Assembly (NCBI RefSeq): GCF_030144855.1
Contig: NC_082708.1
Coordinates: forward strand, 117,180,001-117,244,000
DNA length: 64,000 nt
Source of the DNA: Hypanus sabinus
Lineage: Eukaryota
Direction: 5' to 3'
Under the pieces are notes generated by a model that saw only the letters and a list, made by a program, of their open reading frames with translations, ran no database searches and was not told the DNA's origin. Every line of letters begins with the position of its first letter. The first letter of the stretch is position 1. Shown in pieces: positions 1 to 11,889 of the stretch. A program made the position numbers and the translations under genes.

Positions 1-204
1 ACCTTCTCTTTTGCTTCTCCTTCCTTTCTATCCCTTTACTGCATTTTAAAAGTTGTTTAAACTCTAATACTTTATAAGTTTAGATGAAGGTCCTTTGACT
101 CTTAACCCCTTTTCCCTTCTGATCTCTGATCTGTTGTTTCCAGAATTTTCTATTTTTATTTTATAGTTGGAGTTAATCTGTGCCTTATTGCATCTAACCT
201 ACAG

Positions 205-374
205 TGTTTCAGCCGTCCAGTCATACTTCATATACTGGAGCAGAATCGAGTCTGCTCTTATTTCTGACCAAAAGCATAATGATTCTATGTTGACCAAAAA
301 TGAGGAATTAATGGAAACACTCCAGACATCAGTATATAACAATGCAACTGTAAGAAATGCTCCTTTTACTGAAG
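205..374 (+). CDS. REELD1: Reeler domain-containing protein 1, internal coding exon (end of reeler domain)
   Basis: Acceptor ctacag|T at 204/205 and donor GAAG|gtacaa at 374/375. Encodes VSAVQSYFIYWSRIESALIS..., matching remembered human REELD1 [20 protein letters not shown]. Phase 2 to 1. Upstream exons lie outside the window. Confidence 0.85.
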
Positions 375-1214
375 GTACAACGTATTTCATTCTTATCATT
401 GTAATAATTATTTAGAATTATATTGATGTTGTTTTAATCTGGCACCAAATCCTGAGGCCATTTAGATAACAAAGTTAAAACATTTTGTCGCCAATTCTTC
501 CATTAGTAACTGTAACCAGAGAGTAAAATTCTGTTAACAGTAAGCAAACACTTCCTCTGGAATTAATAAACACATTTGGGTGGCTTTGAAACACAGACGC
601 CTCCAGTGCAACTTTCTTGAAGGGCCATTCAGTACTGAGAGGAAAAAAAGACCTTTTAGTAATTATTTTTAGGAGAGATATTCCCTCTACTTTATCATAG
701 ATAAATAATAACTCTTTTTACCAAAGCCTCACTATCTATGGGATGTGTCTGATATGATGCATGATGGAGCTGTGCCCTTAGTAATCCAGTCATTTGTTTG
801 GGGGAGGATACAAGAGAAATCAAGTGAAAGGCTGAAAATCTGTGAGGACATTAAGGTCTTGTTTTTCTATTTCGAATGGTTGAATTCCAGCTCATCCAGT
901 TCAGGTCAGAAGGTTTTCTAAAGCACCATTTCACTCTGCCTGTCTTTATGATCGGTTGGTTTTGTAATAGGCATAGACATGAATGATAGAACCTCAAAGT
1001 ACACATTAGCATCTCACTGCAGAACACTTTATTCGCTATCATAACTGCATACTCCACTATGATGTATTTGCCAATGTCAGTCATATGTAACATTCATTTA
1101 TCAAAGTTTTCAGTTCCAGGAACTTGAAAACCTATCAATAACAAGGAATCATTTGCTAGAAATTGAAGTACATAAGGTTGTCTTTTTCAGGATTATGCAA
1201 TTCAAAATCAATAC

Positions 1215-1560
1215 TTTACCCTTCTACATTTATAAAGTGAGTTCATAAGACACTGCATGGCCTTTTCAGAGAGGAAGTTCATTTCAAAGGTATCTTTATC
1301 AAATTTGTGCTGAGGGCAGGATGTGATGATATGGTCCATTGCTTGATTTTGGACATCCTGTAATTCACAAGCTGGGAATCGATGTTCCAAGTGTTAGGTG
1401 GTACATCGCCCATGTGTCATTTGGATTCTGTTTCGAACCACCCATCCCATTCAAGATGGGTCACACCCAGGAAACCTAGTTGTAGGGTTATTGCTATCTT
1501 CCTTACTTTGACTAATCTGTTCAGTCCAAGTTTTATTTGTCGTGGCTGTTAAAATTAATG
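1215..1560 (-). mobile_element. Old LINE 3' fragment, Vingi/Ingi-like
   Basis: Minus translation gives ...NRIQ..HGRC... and PACE...QAMDHIITSCPQHKF...L, the C-terminal CCHC-type motif of Ingi/Vingi-like ORFs. Degenerate. Confidence 0.5.
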
Positions 1561-1629
1561 ATATTGTAGAAGTAGCAATTATGCACAACATTGGAGCTTC
1601 AGGGAAATTTAGGTGGCTAAGTAGTAACT

Positions 1630-2215
1630 GAATTGGAATTAAATGAATTTATTATCGTCAGCTGTAGTGAGATACAGTGAAAAGCTTGTCATAGAGATTA
1701 AACTTTAACATAGCAGTAAAGAGGTAGTACAAGGTAAAACAATCGCAGAATTCCAAATAAAGTGCAACAGCTACAGAGAAAATGCAGTGAAGGTAAACAG
1801 TAAGTACAAGGTCATAAAAATGTGGATTGTGAGGTCAAGTGTCCATCTTACCATTCTAGGAAACTGTTCAATAGTATAATAACAGCAGCATAGAAGATAC
1901 CCATGAGCCTGGTGGTACATGTTTTCGGGCTTTTTTATCTTTGCGTTTTGTGAGGGGTTGGTAGGGTCTTTGAGTATGCTAGCTGCTTTACCGGGGAATG
2001 AGAAGCCTATGGAAAGGACGCTGATTTCTATGATGTGCTTGGCTGCGGCTATCCCCTGCAGTTTCTTCTAGTCATGTGCAGAGCCACACCAAGCCATTAT
2101 GCATCTCTAGCTATGATGGGACATCAATAAAGATTGGTAAGGGTAAAGAGGAACATGCCAAATTTCTTCAGATTCCTGTAGAAGTAGAGGCGTTGGTGAG
2201 CTTTCTTGGCTGCAA
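1630..2215 (-). mobile_element. Rex1/Babar-like LINE 3' fragment
   Basis: Reverse complement of gaagtagaggcgttggtgagctttcttggc encodes AKKAHQRLYF. Same 3' tail as other copies in the window. Confidence 0.65.
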
Positions 2216-2839
2216 GTTCATAATAACTTGCAAATAAGGTGCAGATTAATAATAAATTGCATAATCTTGCTATGCGTCACAGCATCCCAAGAGTGGTGGA
2301 TCATGGAAGAGGGGTGATTTTTTAAGGATCTGGTAAATGATCAGAGTTCGTGGACAACAGCATCAGAGTAGAGGTCCATCCTAGGTAGTCCCCGTGAATG
2401 AGCAAAATATGCTAATCCATCTTATACTCTTGGCTACTGTCTTCCTCAAGGTGTCCACAATAAGTAATCTGTGAAGGGTCATTCCAAATTACGAAGTGCA
2501 TTTTCTCTCCACAGAGGTTACATTGGTTTTTGTGGATGCTGGGTGGTTAGTAAAAGTAAAATGGTGACTGTGGATTTTGCCAAGTTTGGTTGCAGCCTCC
2601 AATCTGGAAGTATTCTGAAATCTACTGTCAGTGTGTTCTCCGGGTCCCTTAAGCTGTTTGGCCTATTGAGATTAGTTACAACCTTTCTCTACATCTTGTT
2701 CTGAGTTCTCTGACAGTGATACTTACAGCTGGTCACTGGAAGACACTGGACATTAGACAATTTATTTCTCTTCCTGCACAGTTGGGAGCCCTAGGTCTCT
2801 TTTTAGAAATCCCAATACCATTTCTTCTAAGATTAAAAG

Positions 2840-3052
2840 CAGACATTTGATGCAGACATTTGAAGGCCAAGTCATTATATATATTTAAGGCAGTGGCTGA
2901 TAGATTCTTGATTGATTCAGGGCATGAAGGGATACGGAGAATAGGCTGGAGACTGGACATGAAAGGACAACTGGATCATGCATGATGAAATGGCGGAGAA
3001 GATTCAATGGACAATTTGGCCTAATTTTGCTCCTATATCTTATGGTCTTATG
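2840..3052 (+). mobile_element. CR1/HER1 LINE 3' end
   Basis: Matches the 3' tail of the CR1 copy at 21490-21680 (gaaggccaagtca...tttaaggcag...cttatggtcttat). Confidence 0.7.
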
Positions 3053-3072
3053 ATACTGTGTTGGCTCAATTA

Positions 3073-5282
3073 TACAGAACATAGAACAATACAGCACAGT
3101 AACAGGCCATTCGACTCACAATATTGTGCCAAACTAGTTAAAAATTAAATCAAAAATATTCAAACACTAATCCCTCCTTGCCCATATCCCTCCATCTTCC
3201 TTACATCCATGTGCCTATCCAAACATCTCTTAAAAGCCTCTAATGTATTTGTCTCTACCACCACACCAGGCAGTGCATTCCAGGCATCCACCACTCTCCG
3301 AGTGAAATACTTACCCCTCACATCCCCTCCTCACATTCCATGCATGCCCTCTAATATTAGATGTTTCAACCTTGGGTAACAGATGCTCTCTGTCCACTCT
3401 ATTTATGCCTCTCATAATCTTGTAAACCTCTATCAGATCTCCCCCTCAGCCTCTGGTACTCCAGTTTATCCACTGTTTCGTGATAACACATTCCCTCTAA
3501 ACCAGGCACCATCCTGTTAAATCTCTTCTACACTCTCTCCAAAGCCTCAACATCCTTCCTGTAGCGGGGTGACCAGAACTGTACACAACACTCCAGATGT
3601 GGCCTAACCAGAGTTTTAAAAACTTGCAACACAGCCTGCTGATTTTTGAACTCAGTACTTCAACTAATAAAAGTAAGGATTCCATAAGCCCTCTTCACCA
3701 CCTCATTGACCTGTGTAGCCATTTTCAAGGAGCTATAAACTTGGATCCCAAGATCTCTCTGCTCATCAACACTGTTAAGGATCTTGCATTTGCTCTACTG
3801 AGTTGCAACACCTCACATTTATCTGGGATAAGTTCCATTTGCCATTTCTCTGCCCATATCTGCAACTGATCTAAGTCATGTTGTACTCTTTGCCAGTCTT
3901 CTACACTACCCACAACTCCACCAATCTAGATATCATCCGCAAATTTACTAACCCACCCATCTATATTTTCATCCAGGTCATTGATACACAGCACAAACAG
4001 CAGAGGTCCCAGCGCAGGTCCCTGCAGAACACCACTAATCACAGACCAGCAGCAAAACAAGTCCATTCAACCACTACCCTCTGTCTTCTGTGCGCAAGTC
4101 AGTCTTGAATCCAAGCAGCCAAATCGCCGCAGGCTCCATGCATCCTAATCTGGATTAGCTTCCCAAGAGGGACTTTGTCAAACTCCTTACTAAAATCCAT
4201 GTAGACAATATCCTCTGTTCTACCTTCATCAATCTCTCTCATCAGCTTGTCATACAACTCAATCAAGTTGGTAAGGCACGACCTGCCACTTACCCAAAGC
4301 CATGCTGGCTCTTCCAAATTGGGCCATGAGTTTTCAAATACTCATGTATCCTATCCCTAAGCATTTTCTCACAACTGACATGAGAGTCACTGATCTATCA
4401 TTCCTAGGATTTTCCCTTGTTTCCTTCTTAAATAGAGGTACAACAGTAGCCAGTCGCCAGTCCTCCAGGACCTTTCCTATGGACAGAGAGGACACGAAGG
4501 GCCCAGCTATCTTGTCTCTTTCCTCCTTCAATAACCTGGGGATAAATCCCTTCAGGCCCTGGGGATTCATCCACTTTAATACTCATTAGGTTTTCCTAAT
4601 TCCCTTCTTTAGTTCTTTTCTGGCTTTATAATCCTTGTGTGCTCCGTTTGATCTTAACTTCCAAAACATTACATACTTTTTCTTTTTCTTCTTAACTAAA
4701 TTCATCACCTCTCTGGACATCCAAGGTTCTCTTATCTTTCTATTCCTGTTCTTCCTTCTAACAGGAGCATACCTTTCCTGTACTGTGTATTTGATCTCTA
4801 AACATCCACTACATGTCTGATGTGGACTAGTCAGAGAAAAGGTGTTCCCAATTAACACTTTTTAGTTCCTGCCTAATGACCTCATAATTTGCCTTACTCT
4901 AATTTAAAACTTTCCCACAAGGACCATACCTATTCTGAAAGTTAAGGAGTTGTGATCTCTTTTTCCTAACTGTTCACCCACTGAAATGTCAGTCACCTGG
5001 CCAGGCTCATTACCAATACCAGGTCCAGTACAGACCCCTCTCCCATTGGACTGTCCACGTATTGAGTTATGAAACCTTCCTGGAACACTTAACAAATTCT
5101 GCTCCATCTACACCCCTTACACTAAAAAGGTTTCAGTGTATGTTAGGGAACTTGAAATCCCCCATGACAACAACACTATTATTTTTACACATACCCTTAA
5201 TCTGATTACATATCTGTGTTCTTCAATGTGTCAGTGGCTATTGTGAGTTCTGTCATACAATCCCATCAGAGTGATTGCTTCC
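3073..5282 (-). mobile_element. CR1/HER1 LINE, degenerate ORF2
   Basis: ORF fragments WAEKWQME, GRSCLTNLIE, VYMDFSKEFDKVP, DWRLATVVPLFKK, REPWM. CR1 tail at 3073. Confidence 0.9.
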
Positions 5283-5622
5283 AGTGGGAAGAGCGTGTGC
5301 AGTGCAGTTTGTCCCAGTTCTTCCCAAATATATTTGACATAAAGTAGCATACTATTCTCCTAAATAAAACATACCTGTGATGGAAAGGCATGATGGACAT
5401 ATCTTTAAACTCCAAGATTTAAGTATTCAAATGTTCAACATGATACTGCATTAAATAATTAGAAGATTTGATTTTGTTGGCTCATGGAGTTTCAATACAA
5501 ATATGAATAAATATGTTTTACTTTTTAGAATATATTTGAGACTTTGATTATCAATTTCTAATAAAATGTGTATTTCTATCTGGTAAATACATTATCCACC
5601 TTACCACCTCTGAAATTCACAG

Positions 5623-5896
5623 ACTTCATTACTCCTCAAGTAGTCACTCAGGTGCAGCAGGACTTTTCACAGACTCTAATGATCACCAAGGAATGGTCCC
5701 TCAGATTGCAGTCTACATATGCGGAAAACTCTTTGTCCAAAGTGGATCAGGATGTTGCACCTGAGGAGTCCAGCTTGGTTCTGCGTGGAAGTTTGCAGCC
5801 ATCCTTGAGCTCCATAAGCAGAGGGAAACTTACTGAACTCCTATCAACTGATAACAACTTCCTGTTGAAATCCTCAGAGCCTGAGGCCATGGAAAG
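5623..5896 (+). CDS. REELD1: REELD1 internal coding exon (Ser/Thr-rich stalk)
   Basis: Open frame inside ORF 5568-5900. Acceptor ttcacag|AC is phase 1 and fits the previous exon (G+AC=Asp). Donor AAG|gtaaat is phase 2. The sequence is poorly conserved, so assignment is by phase and position. Confidence 0.7.
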
Positions 5897-5955
5897 GTAA
5901 ATTCAATCTTGTCTTAGTACTTGCTTCAGTATGTTAAAAAAATTACATTAATGTA

Positions 5956-6550
5956 TCAAGTCAAGTCAAGTTATTATCGTTTAACTCTGTACATGTATAC
6001 AGTCAAATGAAACGTTTCTGTAGAACAGGGTGTTAAACAGTAGTACACATAATTTAGGAAAGTAAGAATAAAATCTACAGATGAATTTTGCATAAATAAA
6101 CAAAGTAAAGTCATTAAATAAATATTTTAAGGTACAGAACAATTAACCAGTGACACTTTGAATGTGATGAGGCAGGGAGTTCAGAAGCCTAATGACCTGA
6201 GGAAAGAGGTAGGTTCCCATCCTGACCGTTCTCGTTTTTATGTCACAGTCTCCTGCCTGATGGTAGAAAGTCAAAAAGGATGCTGGATGGATGAGTGGGA
6301 TCCTTAGTAATACCAAGGGCCCTGCAAATACAGTGCTCCTGATAGATGTCCCAGATGGATGGTAGGGAGACCCCTATGATCCTCTCAGCTGTTCTCAGCC
6401 CTTTGTAGAGACTTCCGGTCCAATGCTCGTCTGCTCCCATACCGGATGGAGATGCAGCTTGTCAGGATGGTCTCAATGGTGCTTCTGTAAAATTCCATTA
6501 AGATGGAATTGGGGAGGAGAGCCTCGCTTGCCTCAAGCTTCTTAGGAAGC
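5956..6550 (-). mobile_element. Rex1-like LINE 3' fragment
   Basis: ORF 6243-6440 (RTAERIIGVSLPSI...DPTHPS...FDFLPSGRR). Ends in a (tcaag)n tail. Confidence 0.8.
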
Positions 6551-7578
6551 AGAAAATGTTCTCAGAGGGTAACATCTTCAGGTAGAGTGGATGGTTCATT
6601 AATTTATATGTAGGCTCATGGATTCATGGACTGCATTTTCTCCTCCAAGAAATACACTCTTCTTCAAATTTTGTTTTTTTACGTACAAAATTGTTATTCA
6701 ACTTCTGATTTTATATTGTTATCTAACTCGACGAGATATTAAACACTGACGTTGCTATCTAAACCCCATTCTGTGATTTCTGTTGATTAATGTCACTATG
6801 ATCCTCTTGTGTAGTGTTTTAACTCAGAAGTGTGCCACACAGAATTTATTGTAGGAAGTTCGATTTGCCTGGCTCATTTCAATTATGTAGCTCTTTGCTT
6901 GGAATAGAGGCATCCGGCCTCTTCCTGTCATTTGGGTACACATACGTTTTTAAAAAAAGATCAATATGATTAAACATAGTAATTAAATAAGTTATTCAAG
7001 TAATGCAGGTCCTAATATATAAACTATTTCTGCTGTTCTCTTACTTGCAGGAGGCAAGACAGTTTTCAGCTCTCTAAATACCCTAGGCACAGGGGAAGAG
7101 TAAAACTGACTTACTGATTGAGGGGGGAGACGAAGCCTTAGAGTGGTGGTTAAAGATTTTCCAAGTCCAGGAGTATTAAAGAGCTCAACTTGCTGATATT
7201 AGCTTCCTACATAAACATTCAATGGGAAGAATTAATGGAACTAATCTTCAATATCATTAGCTTAGAATATTCAGCAGAGGACAGAGCAATGTACAGGCAT
7301 TTAGAGTATTTGCTTGAGTATTTACACTGTGCATTTACATTGGATCTTTTGTGGAAACTTAAATCAAACTGGAAGCAAATTGTACTGAGGGGAAAAAAAC
7401 TGCATTAAGGGATCTTTGTTGTGATTTCGCTCTGTAACTTAAAAGAACTAGGATGGATTCATAAAGAGAGATTACATGGTTTTGGACAATTTTACGCAAT
7501 TGAAGATTCTTTTTGAATAACATATTTATTTACACATGTTACAAAAATTAATTGTTGTCTTATAATTTCATTTTATAG

Positions 7579-7654
7579 CAACCATATTTTGAATACTGAG
7601 AGTGACTTCAATCTTACTTCTCAGTCTTGCATCAGCTGCAGTAATAATGAACAA
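7579..7654 (+). CDS. REELD1: REELD1 short internal coding exon (76 nt)
   Basis: Acceptor ttttatag|C and strong donor CAA|gtaagt. Phase 2 to 0 exactly bridges the flanking exons. Encodes (S)NHILNTESDFNLTSQSCISCSNNEQ, whose end resembles remembered human TCLSSDGGEQ. Confidence 0.65.
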
Positions 7655-7724
7655 GTAAGTATTTATTTAACTTTGACATTGTAACAACTGCTATATTTTA
7701 TAGATTACATATCTATTGATTTAA

Positions 7725-9141
7725 TGTGCTCAACCCTGAGGAGTGCAATTCACCAGGACAAATAATTAAAGCAATTGCATTCAGCAACAACTCTGCTCAA
7801 AGACGAATAGATGAAATGTTTGAGAATGTGGTTAACACATTGTGCAATATACTTTGAACAACAAAATTTGCTCTGCAGTTGGATGTGTCAACTTTGCCAG
7901 GCAACAAATCTTTCCTTCTCGGCTTTGTTCATTTCATAAAAGATGAAATCTTGGTTCAAGAGCAAGGGGACTAGAAAGAGATACAAAGGGGGAGAAAATA
8001 TTTTGGATTGTTGGGAAATATTTCAAAGATAAGGACATTCTGCTCATTAGCATTCTACTTGTGGAACAAACAGGGCACCAACAATGACAGGATGCCACCA
8101 TGTGGTTATTACTTTTTTGAACAATTTTGTATCTAACATATTTACCATTCACAAAGTGTAATTCACAAAATACCTAAGTTAATGACTGCACAAATCATTA
8201 AATACTGTTATCACAGTATAAAATCCAATCCCGTGCTCTCAATTCTTGACTATTTTGAGATCTTTGTATTGAGAATGATGAAGAGTTTGAATGTTTGCTG
8301 TTGCACACAGAGGTCAGATAGCTCTCAAAAGGAAACCATGTGAGCCACTTTTATGTGCTTTTTGAAACTGTGATAAAATTCTTTGTAGATTTGGTTGTTT
8401 CATTCAGTCATCAACTCAAGAATATTAGGCATGACATTGTTTATTTGTCAGACTTATTTGCCCAGTTTAATGAAATCAGTCTTCATTTGCAAGGAAATGT
8501 GAATCTTATCAAAGTCAAATTAGATGTCTCCACATTTCTGTCCAAGTTAACCATATTTAAGTGCAACATTGGCTGTCGCCACATTTTCCAATTTCCAATT
8601 TGGAAGAGAAAGGAAAAACATCAGTAGATGATCTTCATTATCTGCACTGTGGAAAAAGGTCAGGATGTTCTTTATTGCCTTTGCAGCATCATACTTAGTG
8701 GAGTGCAGTTTTAGTGAAGTTGTCCAACTTTGTTCAAAGCAACGAATCAGACTGCAAATTATTGAATGTAGGTATCTCAGACTCATTCTGAGTGACGTTC
8801 AGCCTGATGTTGAGAAGCTGATGTCACTGCACCAAGCCTGTCCGTCTCATTGAAAGGTGAAAGAGCAATGATGTAGTTGATAGTTGGACCACTAATGTAT
8901 GCTCTAAAATTGTTGATGAAAATTATTTTTACTGCAATTAATCAATTCCATTTGTAGCTTTAAAAAGATGAGAATAATTTTTGCAATTACTTGTCACTGC
9001 CTTGAACTTGCAGTTCCTATTTTCTCTCACTGTGCATTGTAAATCAACATTTTTTATAGTTTTATCTTATGGACGGAAAGGGAGAGGGGTCGCTGGGGAT
9101 GTGGTCTGGGGTAGTAACCCAAAAGAATCTGGGAGCCACTG
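7725..9141 (+). mobile_element. hAT (Buster/Charlie) transposon relic with transposase pseudogene
   Basis: Fragments IKAIAFSNNSAQRRIDEM, FALQLD, LLLHTEVR*LSKG, SYLVECSFS. Terminal ...gggagccactg resembles a Charlie-type TIR. Confidence 0.85.
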
Positions 9142-9544
9142 AGCTGGACTTTGCAAGAACACGTGATCCTAGATAATATACTTGGAAAGCCTCTCAAAAA
9201 GGTGTACACATAAGTATTTGGATAGTAAACAGTTACAATGATATTACTATTTAGAAATTATGTTATTTTTCAATGGTCTTTTTAAAAGATGAATATTAAT
9301 AATTTTTGAACATGTTTTCTAAAACGTTTCATTTATTTCCATCTGTTTCTGTTATACTTTTATTAAAACGATGACTATACATAAATAAACAGGATTCATC
9401 CTTTTCCTTAAAATCCATAATTATTGTTAATAATTAATCAATGATAATCTCTGTTCAAAATAACCATGGCATGTGAGAGAAGTTTTTTTTAAAGATTATC
9501 GCCAATTTGGGCACACACTCCCAGAAAAGTTTGCCAGCCCTGCC

Positions 9545-9900
9545 TTAGAGCAGAGGAGACTGTGAGGTGGTAGTATTACATAATTATGGACGATGCAATC
9601 TATCTTTTCCCCAGGGATGGGGAATCAAGGGCACAGGTGTAAGGTGAGAGGGGAAAGATTTAATAGCAACTTTAGGGTCAAAACTTTTACATGAAGGGTG
9701 GTATATAGGTGGAATTAACTGCCAGAGAAAGTGGTTGAGGCAAGAACAATAAAAACTTAAAAGTAAGTCGGACAAGTATGTGGATTGGAAAGGTTTAGAA
9801 GGTTGTAGGTCAAATACTGAGGTGGGGTGGTCTTGCTTGGATGGGGCCTCTTGCTGACATGGAGAAGTTAACCTATTTCCATGATGTATAACTCCAGGAC
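9545..9900 (+). mobile_element. CR1 LINE 3' fragment
   Basis: Typical CR1 3' coding end (cttttccccagggatggggaatc...aaggtgagaggggaaagattt) followed by tail. Confidence 0.7.
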
Positions 9901-10919
9901 TCGATGCCTTGTGCATGGAAATAAACTTTGTGATGTAGCAAATGAGCTAGCCTTACCCTTGTAATATCTTAAAGGTCCAGATGTCTGAGATGGTGAAGAA
10001 TATCGAATGTAGTGAGGGGTGGGTGGTGAGGGAGTCTTTCGAGGTGGGAAAGGGGTAGCGCAAGGTGATGTGAATGAGATGCAAGAAAGGGGGCTTAATG
10101 TAAGGGATGAGAAGGAGCTGCAGACAGCAGTAAAGGAAGGTAGTAATGAATGGGAGATTGGTAAGCAGCAGGCTGCCAACCCCAGCGATGTCAGGAGGGC
10201 ACACTAGGGGTAAGTAAGCCATGTGCAGTGGCTGGGATCTGTGTGCAATCATAGAAAGGCTGACACATGCCCACAGCATCTTGAGTTCAGCTGGCATTCC
10301 TTACACAGAATTCCACCATCTGATTTCTGAATGATCTCAGTATTCTGACCCATTTTTGTATAATTTATTTACCTTTTTACATATTGTTATTGTAACATAG
10401 TATTATTTACATATCACACTATACTGCCTCCACTAAAAAACAGATTTCACAATGTATGTCAGTGATAATAAATCTGATTCTGATTCTCAACACTGTACAA
10501 AAGCCTTTTCCACAACCCGCCTGTCTGTGCACACTGTCCCATTCCATCCCATTCCAGCATCCGCAGATTTCCTCCTGTTTGCCATTCCATTCCTGCTGTG
10601 TTTTCTTCAACATCGCCGCTATGGAGTGTGTCAGCTCCAAGCAAGAAAGGATCTTCAGTACAGGTTCCAGGGCCAGGCATTACCAGCTCTAGGCATGCGT
10701 GAGACACATGGGTACTGAGAACTACCCTGTACAACAGCAGCCAGCTGCTCTCTCCACACACCCCCCATGCCCCCCAAAGAGAGTCGATGCTCAAGCCATA
10801 GCCATCAGGCTCCCAGTTCCACTCAGAGCTCTTCTTATTCTTTAGTAAGACACGGACCTTATTGGCATGCCCACAGTGGGAATACAACTCGCAGTACCAA
10901 GACATCAGTTCATTAACTT

Positions 10920-11195
10920 CACACACAAAATGTTGGTGGAACACAGCAGGCCAGGCAGCATCTATAGGGAGAAGCGCTGTCGACTTTTCAGGCCGAGACC
11001 CTTCGTCTGGACTAATGGAAAGGAAAGATAGTAAGAGACTTTCCTCTCGGTTAGTCCTGACGAAGGGTCTCGGCCCGAAACGTCAACAGTGCTTCTCCCT
11101 ATAGATGCTGCCTAGCCTGCTGTGTTCCACCAGCATTTTGTGTGTGTTGTTGTTTGAATTTCCAGCATCTGCAGATTTCCTCATGTTTGCTGTTA
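10920..11195. mobile_element. Inverted pair of Penelope-like 3' ends (palindromic mini-insert)
   Basis: 10920-~11030 is the reverse complement of ~11040-11145. Flanked by agttcattaactt (10907-10919) and agttcaataactt (11196-11208). Confidence 0.85.
11052..11090 (+). ncRNA. Minimal type I hammerhead ribozyme motif (PLE-associated)
   Basis: CUGACGA (11057-11063), an extra A, stem II GGGU-CUCG-GCCC, GAAA (11077-11080), then CGUC with a GUC triplet at 11082-11084. Stem I is weak in this copy. Confidence 0.6.
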
Positions 11196-11889
11196 AGTTC
11201 AATAACTTAACCATTATGCTACCAGATGGTGGGCTGCTTCATCTGAAAGCAGCTTAGGGGATGTCTGAATGTAACAAAGCTGAATTCCTGGAGCTGGTAG
11301 TCATGCCAGAGACAAGGATAAAGGGCACGATGCAAGCTAGAGAGGTGGAGCATAGAGGTTTCGCTGGCTGCTCACTGTGCAGAACCTACTCTCTCCTTGG
11401 CATTAACGGGGGGGGGGGGGGGCGGGTGCAAAGGAAAGAGCCATCAGAATCATCACAGGGACTCCAGACATCTGTGGATCAGGAAATGTGACCCGAGGAC
11501 CAATGCTGCTGGGACACAGGCCAGGGGCTGATCAAGCCTGGCTGGGTCGGTGGGGCAAGAGTGTCCGAAACACTCACTGACTCAGTACATCCAAGGATAT
11601 ATCTCAGTATTGCAGGTCACATGCAGAGGCTGTGCCCCAGGGAAGTGCCGGCAAAAAGGAAAGTTTCCTCTGTTGCACTGATTCTGCACCCAGCCACCCT
11701 GCTTTCTGTGGATGTAAAATTTATTACTCCTTGTACCATTGTCTCCATTCTATTATGTGTTCTTGTTTCTGGTTTATTACTCAGTTACTGTTGTTACCTT
11801 TGTCACTGATGTTAAGTGATTTGGTGTAGGAATTTTCAACAATTGAACATTTAAAAAATAATTAAATATATACAGTACATTCGCAATTG

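Noticed and set aside
167-204. ORF-track start at 167 / acceptor ttatag at 165-166 for the REELD1 exon
   Set aside because: Homology begins at VSAVQSY. The 166 acceptor sits in what looks like a decayed PLE tail and is 38 nt (out of phase) from the 204/205 site.
5568-5622. Longer 5' extent of the REELD1 exon suggested by the ORF
   Set aside because: No AG acceptor at 5582-5583 (sequence is ctgg). The first phase-compatible AG is at 5621-5622.
10459-10944. 161-aa minus-strand ORF
   Set aside because: Spans a patchwork of repeat fragments, with no recognisable domain or splice structure.
11408-11427. Poly-G run / G-quadruplex (also ~32510-32530)
   Set aside because: Simple homopolymer tracts with no supporting context.
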